The notes beneath the pieces are model-generated. The model saw only the letters and a program-made list of their open reading frames with translations, ran no database searches and was not told the DNA's origin. Position numbers and translations under genes: made by a program. Of a stretch of 64,000 bases of DNA, positions 52,401 to 64,000 are shown piece by piece. The stretch is from Hypanus sabinus (lineage: Eukaryota), in assembly GCF_030144855.1 (NCBI RefSeq), contig NC_082731.1, forward strand, positions 20,026,001 through 20,090,000, in the 5' to 3' direction. Position 1 is the first letter of the stretch; each line of letters starts with the position of its first letter.

Positions 52401-52540
52401 AGTAATATGTACCTTCTTGTGCGGCTTGGTCTGCAGGAACGTTGTTTCGTTTGGCAGAATGCATGTTCCCAGTTGAATGACAATGTACGCGGGTTTCTTG
52501 TTTGTGAGGAGAACTGAAGGAGTAAACTGAACTTGAACTT
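49450..52540. mobile_element. Rex1/L2-clade LINE fragments (both orientations)
   Basis: 'WILDFLTNRSQS' (49532-49831, -; paralogue 39300-39750), 'GAVQGSLGSPLLFTL', 'KAKEMIVDFRR' (51490-51933, +). Confidence 0.75.
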
Positions 52541-52569
52541 GAAATACCCCTACAACTCGCAGAACACCT

Positions 52570-55500
52570 TTGAGCTTATAAGCAGGTCGGCGAAGCTAAT
52601 ATAAAAGGAAAGCTTCGCGGGCGTTCAGGCACTCCAGTGGTCCAATCAGCGTCGGGGGAAGAGCACTGCGAATTAAGTAAAGGTACAGACGGGGCGAATG
52701 GGGCGGCCATTGTCGGGACCCCCATTGTTGACAGTAAGCTAGCGGTGAGAGTAGGAGCGCGAGACTTTGACCCAAGAGGCTTCGACGTGAAGAGCTGAGG
52801 CCAAAGACTCAGGTGAGAGGATTTGGTCTTGTTTGCCCATTTTTCAGAACAAACAGGACGAAAGAAGTCAGTGTACAGTCCCCCTGTGGCCATTCCCCTT
52901 AGCTATGGGCATACGCCTTTGGATACTGCTGTAGGGGATGACCTATCTGGGCAATGTAGCAACAACAGGACCCATAGCACTATGGTCGTCTCTGAGCTTC
53001 AGAAAGGTGGTGTGAAGTCAGGCGTAGCAACAGTCAGAGGGGACACGATAGTTAGGGGAACAGATAGGAGATTCTGCGGCAGAAATAGGACACCAAGATA
53101 ATGTACTGCCTTCCGGCTGCTCGGGTCCAGGATGTCCCTGCGCGGTTGCGGAATATTCCTGAAGAGGAGGGTCAGCAGCCGGTGGTCGTGGTACAATGGC
53201 AGGAGAGTGGTAGAGGCCCTGCTCAATAAGTTTAGGGATTTAGGAAGGAGGCTGAAGTGCAGGACCTCCATGGTGGTAATGTCCGGATTACTCCCGGTGC
53301 CACGAGCTAGTGAAGGTCAGAACAGGAAGATAGCGCAGATGAATGAGCGGCTGAGGAGATGGTGCAGGGACAGTGTTTGTTAGATCATTGGAACCTTTCC
53401 TGGGGAAGGGGTTACCTTTACAGGTGGGCGGCGTGCACCTGAACTGGAGAGGAGCCAATATCCTGGGAGGGAGGTTTACTCATGTTATTAGGGTAGGTTT
53501 AAACTAGATTTACAGGGGGTTGGGAACAGAAGTGAAGAGGCAGAGGATAGGGCTGTTGGCACACAAGCTATCACAGCTTGTAGTGAGTTTATGAGGAAGG
53601 ATAGGCAGATGACTGAGACTGATGGTTTGAGATCTATTTTAATGCAAGGAGTATCACGAGCAAGGCGGATGAACTTAGAGCGTGGATCAAAACGTGGAAC
53701 TGTGATATTGTGGCTATTACAGAGACTTGGATGACAGAGGCAGGAATAGCTGCTAATTGTGCTGGTCTTTAGTTGTTTCAAAAAGGACAGGGAAGGAGTC
53801 AGAAAGGTAAGTGAGTAGCACTGCTAATCAGAGATAGTATCAGGGCTGCAGAAAAGGAGGAATTTATGGAAGGAGTGACTGCTGATTCATTGTGGGTGGA
53901 AGTCAGAAACAGGAAGTGGGGCAATAACTTGACTGGGTATTTTTTATAGACCTCAATAGTAACAGAGACATCGAGGAGCAGTTGGAGAGGCAGATTCCGG
54001 AACGTTGTGATGGATTATTTTAACTTTCCCAATATTGACTGGCATCACCTTGGGGCAAGGCGTTTAGATGGGGTGAGTTTATAAGGATCTGTTCAGAAGG
54101 GGTTCCTGACACTATATGTAGATAAACCAACTAGGGGAGCGGTTGTACTTGATTTAGCATTGGAAAATGAACCATGTCAGGTGTCAGTCCTCTCGGTGGG
54201 AGAGCATTTTGGATGTAGTGATCACAATTCTATCTCCTTTATCCCTCACTGCTGGAGATGGATAGGAGCAGAAAATTTGGGAAAACATTTAATTAGTGTA
54301 GGGGAAATATGATGCTTGTAGACAGGAACCTGGGAAATTAACTGGGAGCAGATGTTCTCCGGGAAATGCATGGAAGAAATGTGCCAAATGTTCCGGGTCA
54401 TTCAGAAAGTAATGAGGCATAGGATCCAAGGAGACCTTGCTTTGTGAATCCAGAATTGGCCTGACCACAGAAGGCAAAGGATGGTTGTATATAGTTCGTA
54501 TTCTGCATGGAGGATGGTGACCAGTGGTGATCCGCAGGGATCTGTTCTGGTACTGTCCTCGTTGTGACTTTTAAAATGATCTGGATGAGGAAGTGGAAAG
54601 GTGGGTTAGTAAGTTTGATAAGGACACAAACGTTGAGGGTGAATTGGATAGTCTGGACAGTTGTCAAAGGTTCCAGCGGGACATCGATATGACACAGAAA
54701 TGGACTGAGAATTGGCAGATGGAGTTAAACGCAGATTAGTGTAAAGTGGTTTATTTCGGTAGGTCAATTTTGAAGACAGTGGTAGGACTCTTGGCAGTGT
54801 GGAGGATCAGCGAGATCTTGGATTCCATGTCCATAGGGCACTTAATGCTGCCGCACAGGTTGACAGTGTTGTTAAGAAGGCGTATGGTGTGTTGGCCTTC
54901 ATCAAACGTGGGAATGAGTTCCAGAGCCGTTAGCTAATTTTACAGCTATGTAAGACTTTAGTACGACCACACTTGGGGTTCAGTTCTGGTCACCAAATTA
55001 CAGGAAGGATGTCATTGACTGTCCTGTGCACCTCCATCACGGTGTGGTTTGGAGCCGCCACCAAGCAGGATAGAACCAGACTACAGCGCACAGTGAGGAC
55101 TGCCGAGCGCATTATTGGAGCCTCCCTGCTCTCTATTGTGGACCTGTACTCTTCCAGGTTGAAGAAGAGGGCGGGGAACATCATAAAGAACTCCTTCCAT
55201 CCTGCGCACGGACTGTTTGAACTGCTTCCGTCTGGTAGGCGATTCAGATCCCTCCAGACTAAGACTAATAGGCACTGGAGAAGTTTTTTCCCACCGAGAG
55301 GAACAGTTAACTGCCGGTTAACTGTCGGCTAACTATTACTTGGATTGCACTACCTGTATGTATAATCTATATTTTCATTTATATTTATCATTATTGTTAT
55401 GAGCAGAGAGACAACATCTGCCGGAAGTAAATTCCTTGTATGTGTGCAGGTACTTGGCGATTAAAGTCTGATTCTGATTCTGATTCTGATACTATAGAGA

Positions 55501-55960
55501 GAGTGCAGAGGAGATCTACAAGGACATTGCCTGTATTGGAGAGGATGCCTTATGAGAATAGGTTAAGTGAACCTGGCCTTTTCTCCTTGGAGCGACGGAG
55601 GATGAGAGGTGACCTGATAGAGCTGTAAACGAGGATGAGAGACAATGATCTTGTGCATACCCGGAGGTTTTTTTCCCTGGGCAGAAATGGCTAAAACGAT
55701 TGAGCATAGTTTTAAGGTGCTTGGAAGTAAGTGCAAATGGGAGGTCAGTTTAAAGTTTTTCACACAGAGAGTGGTGGGTGCATATAATTAACTGCCAGCG
55801 AAGGTGGTAGAGTCGGATACGATAGGTTCTTTTAAGGGACTCTTAGAGAGGCACATGAAGAGTGTTATGCAGTAGGGGAAGTCCAGACAGCTTCTAGAGG
55901 AGGTTACGTGGTCGCACAATATTGTGGGCCCAAGGGCCTGAAATGTAGTGTAGATTTTCT
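52570..55960 (+). mobile_element. Decayed CR1 LINE (ORF1 esterase, APE, RT remnants) interrupted by a young Rex1/L2-type 3' end (~55018-55490)
   Basis: 'GDTIVRGTDRRFCG' near 53040. The insert ends in a (GATTCT)n tail at ~55468-55490, after which CR1 RT C-terminus resumes ('IERVQRRSTRTLP'). Confidence 0.8.
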
Positions 55961-56019
55961 ATGTTTTCATGTTTTTAACTAGTCTGAACAGGATCTACGA
56001 ATTCGGCCAGAAACGCCAT

Positions 56020-58110
56020 CCGGTTTTAGAAACATAGAAAACCACAGCACAATACAGGCCCTTCTGCCCACAAAGCTGCACCGAACATGTCCTTATCTTA
56101 TTACCTAAGCTTATCCAGAGCCCTATATTTTTCTGAGCTCCATGTATCCATCCATCTTAACCACAGAGTCAACCTGCGTAGCAGCTTTGAGTGTCCTACG
56201 GACTCGGACCCCAAGACCCCGCTGAACTTCCAAAGTGCAAGAGTCTTGCCATTAATGCTATATTCTCTCATCGTGCTTAACTACCAAAATGAACCACATC
56301 ACACTTCTCTGGGTTGAACTCCATCTGGCACTTTTCAGCTCAGTTTTGTGCATTCAATCAATGCCCCGCTGTAACCTCTGACAACCCTGCACACTATCCA
56401 CAACACCCCCAACATTTGCGTAATCAGCAAATATACCAACCCATCCCTCCACTTCCTCATCCAGGTCATTTATAACAATCACAAAGAGTAGGAGTCCCAG
56501 ATCAAATCCCTGAGGCACACCACTGGTTGCAGAATAGGCCTTGTTGCAGAATATGACCCGTCTAGAAGACTCTTTGCTTTCTGAGGGCAAGCAACTTCTG
56601 GATTCACACAGCAATGTGTCCTTGGATCCCATGCCTCCTTACTTTCTCAATAAGCGTTGCATGGGCTACCTTTTCTAATGTCTTGTTAAAATCCATATAC
56701 ACGACATCTGCTAATATACCTTTGTCAATAGGTTTAGTCACATCCTTAAAAAATTCAATCAGGCTCATAAAGCACTACCTGCTTTTGACAAAGCCATGCT
56801 GACTATTCCTAATCATATTATGTTTCTCCAAATGTTCATAAATTCTGCCTCTTCGGATCTTCCCCATCATCTTACCAACCACTGAAGTAAGATTCACGTT
56901 CTATAATTTCCTAGGCTATCACTACTCCTTTTCTTGAATACGGGAATAACATCCGCAACCCTCCTATCCTCCAGAACCTCTCCCGTCCTCATTGATGATG
57001 CAAAAGCATGGCCAGAGGCTCAGCAATCTCCTCCCTCGCTTCCCACAGTAGCCTGGGGTACATCCCGTCCGGTCCCGTTGACTTATCAAACTTGATGCTT
57101 TCCAAAAGCTCCAACACAATCTTTTCCTTAATATCTACATTTTCAAGCTATTCCGTCCGCTGCAAGTCATTCGTACAATCGCCAAGATCCTTTTCCGTAG
57201 TGAATACTGAAGCAAAGTATTCAGTAAGTACCTCTGCCATCTCCTCCGGTTTCATACACACTTTTCCACTGTAACACTTGATTGGTCCTATCTCTCACAT
57301 CTTATCCTCTTGCTCTTCAGATACTTGTAGAATGTTTTGGGGTTTCCGTAATCCTGTCCGCCAAGGCCTTCTCATGGCCACTTCTGGCTCTCCTAATTTC
57401 ATTCGTAAACTCCTCCCTGCTAGCCTTATGATCTTCTAGATCGCCATCGTTACCTAGTTTTTTGAACCTTTCCTAAGTTCTTCTTTTCTTCTTGACTAGA
57501 TTTATAACAGCCTTTGTACAACACTCTTCTTGTACCCTGCTATCCTTTCCCTGTCTCATTGGAACGTACCTACACAGAATTCCACGCAAATATCCCCTGA
57601 ACATTTGCCACATTTCTTCTGTACATTTCCCTGAGAACATCTGTTTCCAATTTATGCTTCCGAGTTCCTGCCTGGTAGCGTCATATTTCCTCCAATTAAA
57701 TGTTTCCCTAACTTGTCTGTTCCTATCCCTCTCGAATGTTATGGTAAAGGAGATAGAATTGTGATCTCTATCTCCAAAACGCTCTCCCACTGAGAGACCT
57801 GATACCGGACCTTCATTTCCCAATAACAGATCAAGTACAGACTCTCCTCTTGTAAGGCTATCTACATACTGTGTCAAGTAACCTTCCTGAACACACTAAC
57901 AAACTGCACCCATCTAAACCCCTCACTCTAGGGAGATGCCATCCAATATTTAGGAAATTAAAATCTCCCACAGCAACCATGTTGTTATTACTCCTTTCCA
58001 GAATCTGTCTCCATATCTGCTCCTCGATTTTCCTGTTACTATTGGGTGGTCTATAATAAACACCCAGTAGAACTATTGACCCCTTCCTGTAATCCAGCTG
58101 ATAAGCACAA
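56020..58110 (-). mobile_element. CR1 LINE fragment
   Basis: 'VAVGDFNFLNIGW', 'VLDLLLGNE', 'GVPQGFDLGLLLFVIVINDLD' in minus ORFs. Confidence 0.85.
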
Positions 58111-59863
58111 AGAATGGAACAATTCAGTTGTTCATGAGTCGCAGCGTGAATCCAGACTCTGATCAGCACTTGGCCTGCTCCACTGTAAGGACGAAGTCCA
58201 ATGCAAACGGGAGTGCAAGTGTACGCCATATTCCCTCTACGGTGACTGTATCCGGATAACACACCCATATCTTTCTCTATCTCCTCTGTTCCATTAAATT
58301 CCCTTTGCCCACTTGCATTTCTGCAATCACCATCCAGCTTTTTGTCGCGCAATTTCTTTCTCCTCCTTCACAGGATCTACAAACTGTTTTTTTTAATCCG
58401 CTTTTCTCTCCCCTATGTTCCATCGTCCAATAATTTCTACATTATCTGGTTGCAGTCACCGCTTTCGTTTCCTATCATATCCCTCCAGCTGATGACCTTT
58501 GTTGCCTCGACAAATTATCGCCACCGCGCGCCCCCGCCCCCAGCCTCTGCCGCTACCCTTTCTCTTTTCTAATGAAACGTCAAGTGTGTGCGAACCAACG
58601 TTTTATATTTTTGCAATGTAACCATCTCTTGCATTCTCAGCTCTGATTTCTGAATTGTCTCTAAATCCTATCGATGTCTCCTTGTCCTTCCTATCTGCTC
58701 CAAGCACCCTCTCGGCAGTTGCCTTCTAAAGCCCTTTTCGTATCCTGTAGGGTTGAACGAAAACATTGGTTATACTTCTGATCTTTAATGTAAATCCCAG
58801 ACTTTTTGATCCATAGAACATCATCCCAGCTCTATCAACACCGACTTTGCTCAAAATTCTACTCAAAGGACGGCCACATCACTCTCAGAGTAAAGATTTC
58901 GTGAATGTACTTCGTGGCGTGTATGACTTTTCCTATTTCCATAAGGAGCACACAAAACGAAGGTTTATTCTGTACCCTTTGCGATTGCTGCAGAACATTC
59001 CTCATATATCTACTGTGTACGCAAGTGTCAGCTGACAATTAACAGTAATCCGGAGTAATACGGACTGCTTACAGTAATACGATCATTAGCAGAGGGGCAA
59101 AGCCAGACCATTTGATCAATCAAGATTTATTTGCTATTATTTATATCCGTTTTATGCAACACACACAAATGCTGGGGGAACTCAGCAGGCCAGGCAGCAT
59201 CTATGCTTGTGATATCTGTTACTATAGTTTTTTTCTGAAGTCTGCTCTTACCCCCTACTTTGAATTTTATAATGTAGTCTATGCCGTCTCGGGACTCGGG
59301 GAGAAGTTTCCTGTAGTTGTAGGGGTGCAAAAGCAGTTAAGGAAGGACAGAGGGAATTGCAGAGAGCTAGTTTCAGAAAGAGAAAAAACAGAGAAATGAA
59401 AATTCAGAGGTAGGTAGAGTCCAGACGATGACGGGGAGGGGGGCAGCAGAAAAGTAGGGAAGGAGTCAGAGAGGATAGAGGAGAAGACAGAAATTAGAGA
59501 AGAAAGCAGGAGAGAGAGATAAATAGGGAAAACAGTTAAAATGGAGGTGAGGAGGGACTGAGGAAGAAGGAAGTGAGAGAGAACAAATAAGAGAAGATAA
59601 TAGATAGGCAGATCCAGAGAGAGAAAGAGAATAAGATAGGATCTAGAGATAGGTATCGCGGAGGGGTTAGACGGTCAGACAGTGAAAGAATGTTAGCGAA
59701 TGAGGAAATCAGGGAGAAAAAGCATCAAAGAGAGAGGATAAGTGAAGCGGGAGAGAGGCAGAGAAAGAAGAGAGAGAGAGAGATAGAGACGGGATAAGAT
59801 GCGGAAGAGGAAGTGAGAGGAAGAACAAAGAAATAAGTATAGAGAGAAAGAAAGATAGATAGC

Positions 59864-59950
59864 CCTGTGCGGGTTTCGGGTACTTTGGAGAAAAAAAGGG
59901 CCGATGGTTCCATGTAAATATCCCCGGAGCTCTTGTGCCTGATTTCGCCA
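59864..59950 (+). pseudogene. Short V framework-3 fragment truncated by a LINE insertion
   Basis: Reads 'PVRVSGTLEKK..FHVNIPGALVPDFA' with one frameshift, matching FR3 of V1 and of family 2 ('ISGALVSDSA'). Confidence 0.55.
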
Positions 59951-60720
59951 AACCTCAGAATCAGATTTATTATCACCAGCAGTGTCGTGAAATTAGTTAA
60001 CTTAGCAGCAGCAGTTCAATGCAATACATAATATAGAAGAAAAGAAATAATAATAAATAAATAAACAAATCAATTTCAGTATATATGTATACACACATTG
60101 AATATTTTCTAAATCGTGCAGAACAAGAAATAATATATATTACAAAGTGAGGTAGTGTCCACGGGTTCAATGTCCATTTACGAATCGGATGGCAGAGGGA
60201 GAAGTAGCTGTTCATGAATCGCTGAGAGTGTGCTTTCAGGCTTCTGTGCCTCCTACCTCATGGAAGTCGAGGATCGGATCCAAATGTGTAGGGAGATACA
60301 GAGGCCCAGGTTCTGAAACTTATCAATCAGTATTATGGGAATGATGGTGTTAAATACTGAAGTAAAATCGATGAACAACAGTCTGTTATAGGTGTATTTA
60401 TTGCCCAGGTGGTCTAAGGCCGTATGAAGAGCAGTTGAGATTGCGCCTGCCATTGACCTATTGTGGCTATCGGCAAATTGCAGTGAGTCCAAGTTGTTGC
60501 TGAGCCAGGAATTCAGTTTAGTCATGACCAACCTCTTAAAGCATTTCATCACTGTAGTTGTGAGTGTTATTGGACGATAGTCATTAAGGCATCTCGCATT
60601 ATTCTTCTTCGGCACTGGTATAATTCTTGCCTTTTTGAAGCAAGTGGGAACTTCCGCCCATAGCAGCGAAAGGTTGAAAATGACCTTGAATACTCCCACC
60701 AGTTGGTTGGTACAAGCTTT
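59951..60720 (-). mobile_element. Rex1/Babar-type LINE fragment
   Basis: ORF 60253-60699 'VPTCFKKARIIPVPKK...LNDYRPITLT...LQFA...LFIDFTSVFNTIIP'; reverse 3' tail near 59955. Confidence 0.85.
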
Positions 60721-61939
60721 CAGAAACTTGGAATACAGACCAGAGACTATTCCATATTATCCTCAAAGTGAAGCTTCCGTGAACGCCCTTTGTGGGTAGT
60801 GTGTCCCATACCTCTTAAGCAAGGGGACCAAGGAGACCACACCAAACTGGATGTTTCTCGTTTGCTATTTACCATCGTTGTAGAAGTTCCCCAATCTGTT
60901 TGGTGAGTATGCGAGACATGGCGATAAGATAATCTAACAACAAATAATAATGAGAATAACCAGGAACCCCGTTACAGTGTTACCGTCATTAGTAAAAAGA
61001 GAAACGCCAGGTCATTGGATCATTCCGGACTCCCTCTCTGTCCTTTCATACCCGCTTCCATTTTTCCAATGTCTCCACATAGTAATTCTTTAAAATACAA
61101 TTATCTTCTCTGATTTTAATCCTCTCAATGCTCCCAAACCTGGTCAGCGGGATGGAGGTACGTCTCGACGAAAGGTGGTTAAAGGCATTGATTCCCTCAG
61201 GTAGTCAGCAGGTCACCCTTGGACAATGCGTAGCAACTGCTTGCCTCCTATTGAAGGTCGTATGAAGCCATGGGAGCAGGTGGTGGATGGTCGTATGAGC
61301 AGATGATGCATATCACAAATCCTGCTTTTCGGACCACTTACAGCAGGCAAACAATCTCTGAAGCGTACTGATAATAAGTGGGGTGACTGTTTTTAAAGAC
61401 ACTGCCTAGAATTAGGCAAACCACTTGTGTAGAGACTTATGACCAGAGACATCATGGTCATGGAGAAACTAATATCGTACATGCCATACGACACGGCACA
61501 TAATCGAAGATCACCTCCAAAGCAGACTACAGGCGAGCAAAACTAGTCAGCAACCTCTGATAGAAGTTTCAGCATTGTACACTCATTATGAACTGGGAGA
61601 GATTGCGAGAGAAGAAATAAAAACTAAGGGAAAGAGAGGGAAAAGAGAAAGGAAGCAGATGAGAACGAGTGATTAATGGAGAGAATGAAGGGAAGGCGAG
61701 AGGGTTTTGGAAGGATACAGACAACAAGAACACACGCGAGAAGGGACGAGAGTGAGAAACTGAGAGACTCTGTTAATACATGTTCACTCTATTTGTTTTC
61801 GTAATCACCTCATCTTCAGCAACTTACCAATCAGGTGTGAGAGACGCGCAACACGGCCACCGGTGACTATCTGTTCGTCCTGACATGCTCTACGATCACA
61901 TTTTAATAATGTCCGATTGTTGATTTTAATGTGGGCACT

Positions 61940-62360
61940 CTGATCCCCTGTGGTATTTGCTGATGGCAAAGACTGATCTGCCTGCTGAGTCTCTGTCTAA
62001 TCGGTTTGCATGTGTCTCCTTGGTCAGTGCGATCTGTGCTGCTTGCATACACTGAGATTTGTTGCAGGTAGGAGCGGGACAGTCCGTTGACTCAGGATCC
62101 GAGGGTATTGATGATCGAGGAAGGATAGGAAACGCCATTGAGCTGCAGCTACTTGGAAACAGGCAGAACCTATCTGTAGTACTTGCTACATTCTGGCAAA
62201 TCTCCGAAAAAGCACTGGAGATGCAATTCGGTGTGATGACAGTCCGTTCAGGACTTCAGGTCCTATGGAGCAGTTTAAATAAAATAGCTCCAGTTTCTTG
62301 TGCCATTGTCTGTCGTGAATCTTCGCGCCGTTGATCCCACGGTTTTCCAGAAAAGTTCAC
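61940..62360 (+). pseudogene. Family-1 V pseudogene (start lost, donor GT->CT, stops, RSS spacer deleted)
   Basis: Leader and intron align with V1. Exon from 62068 has TAG stops, including at Trp41. Heptamer CACGGTT (62338-44) is followed after only ~6 nt by the nonamer remnant. Confidence 0.88.
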
Positions 62361-63626
62361 CTTGACTGTACTGAGCGTTTGTTCCCTCATTTTCACTCTC
62401 AGCATTCAACAAGGCCCGTCCACAGAAGCCAGGCAACAATGCATACGCTCTGCAATGAAGCTACTCAAGATTGCAGAGACAAGGAATTCACAAGCCTCAC
62501 CACACACACCTTACCCGCCCACCAATACCGAAAAAATATTTTCCTCTTTCTCCCTGTCCTGTGGCACGTCCCTTATTTTAGGGTGTGGAGGGGGGTAAGG
62601 CGAGAGATAAAGGTTATGTGTGGATAGCATTTTTGCATATAGGGAGTGTGATGTGGAAATCGGGGCAAGGCAAGACGGCGGTGAGGAGTGAGGTGGAGAA
62701 GTAGACTGAGAAAGAGAGAGAGAAAGTCGGGAGAGTAAATTAAAGATGGAGATGTAGAGAGCAATGAAGATGTGACGAGCTAGAGAAATAGTGGTAGAGA
62801 GACAGAGATAGAGATCGATAGATGGAGTGAGAGAGAGACGAAAGGTGCACAAGTGGAGGAGAGCACGAGTGAGTGAAATAGAGAGTGCGGGACAGTGAAA
62901 GCAGGAGAGAGGAGTGGAAAGGGAGAACAGAGAAAGAGAACAAGAATGCGCGAAAGGAATAGCGATGAAGTGGAATGCAAGCATGCAAAGGAGTGTGCGA
63001 CGCAGTCGGAAGATAAAAGAAGGAAATAAAAAAAATAAGAGGAAGGGAAGAAACGATATAGAGGGAGGGAAGCGAGGGAAAGAAAAAAAGGTAATAAGGA
63101 AGAAAGAGCGACACGGAGGAGAAAATGAGAAAGGGAAGGATAACGATGAGGACCCTAATATAGTGAGAAGCGAAGATAGAGAAATCTTGCAAAAGTATTA
63201 AAGCGAGGGAGTCAGAGTGGGGGACATGGAGATTGCGGAGTGAGTCTGTAAATAAATGGGGGAGAGACAGAGAGCGAAGAGGAAAGAGAGAAGTAGCAGA
63301 TCGGAGTCAGAAGGTAGAGTGCGTGGTGAGCAGCGAGCGAGAATGTAAATGAGTGGAAGTAAGAGGGCCAACGCGGCGATGAGGATCGAGAGAGAATAGG
63401 TTGTGATGACAAGCAGAAGCAGACAGACTAACTAAACCGTCCCCCTTTCTGATTGGTGACTGGGTTTAGTGCTCCCACCAATAAATCGATTGACAGGGCA
63501 CCGCCCACCCACCAGCATTAGACCAGCTGAAAGGCGTCGCAGCTCTGATCTTACTTTCTAATATCTGTCAACGGTTGAAGTTATTGGAAGCAAGCTGTCA
63601 TTTGATCGAACTTGAAGTCAGACGCC

Positions 63627-64000
63627 ATGTTTTCCCTCTCTACTTTGCTGATTATGTTGACTGTGCTTCCCAGTGAGTATCCACGCGAACGGCGTCTATC
63701 TGTTCCGTGTGCTCTGTCAAGACCGACCTGTTCATGTATTCTCATCTTTTATTTTTGGCAGGAGCGAGTGGGAAAGATTCAGTGGCTCAGCAGCCCCCTA
63801 AGTTCACGGTTGAGGAACAAGAAACCGTGACACTGAACTGTAATTACACTGGCGCTACCACTTATGTTTTTTGGTACATTCAGCATCACGGAGAATCGGT
63901 AAAATATTTGCTGAAATCATATGCCGCAGAAAAGTTTGATCGGTCTCCAGAATATCCGGCGCGGTTCACCGCCAGTTGGCAGAAAGGTAGCAAGACAGCT
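63627..64000 (+). CDS. TRAV/TRDV: TCR alpha/delta-type V gene segment, family 2 (V6), open to window end. Leader 63627-63672, intron 63673-63761, V exon from 63762
   Basis: MFSLSTLLIMLTVLP|RASGKDSVAQQPPKFTVEEQETVTLNCNYTGATTYVFWYIQHHGESVKYLLKSYAAEKFDRSPEYPARFTASWQKGSKTA. GT-AG phase-1 intron; CCAAT and GC boxes upstream. Cys104 and RSS lie outside the window. Missed by the ORF track. Confidence 0.9.

Noticed and set aside
58140-58360. Possible minus-strand V start ('ASGQRE') in ORF 57858-58352
   Set aside because: No Cys/Trp framework follows; the rest of the ORF is CR1 endonuclease.

Overview
This is eukaryotic DNA, most likely from a cartilaginous fish (ray/shark-type repeat landscape, inferred from CR1/Rex LINEs and Penelope-type terminal repeats). 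The window is part of a T-cell receptor alpha/delta-type V-gene cluster. On the + strand I find three near-identical family-1 V segments (46-nt leader exon, 85-nt intron, V exon, 23-type RSS) at 17605, 32761 and 41577. The 32761 copy has Cys104->Tyr and a 22-bp spacer. An intact-looking family-2 V starts at 63627 and is cut by the window end. There are at least seven decayed V pseudogenes or fragments. The V genes sit in ~9-kb tandem-duplicated cassettes whose breakpoints and later insertions (full-length CR1, hAT with 8-bp TSD, tRNA-SINE with 10-bp TSD) can be read directly. Two tRNA-Leu(TAA) genes lie on the - strand at 10277 and 13392. The rest is CR1, Rex1/L2 and Penelope relics, a solo LTR, GA-rich tracts and four N gaps. 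Most ORFs in the supplied track are spurious or TE-derived. The most interesting signals are: (i) RSS spacer and nonamer sequence that reads in frame as a J-like G strand, perfect 'FGSGEKLTL' in a relic whose heptamer has lost CAC; (ii) a repeated V1-V2-V3 module with reciprocal inactivation; (iii) mosaic V paralogues; (iv) a tandem pair of minimal hammerhead motifs with complementary stem III halves.
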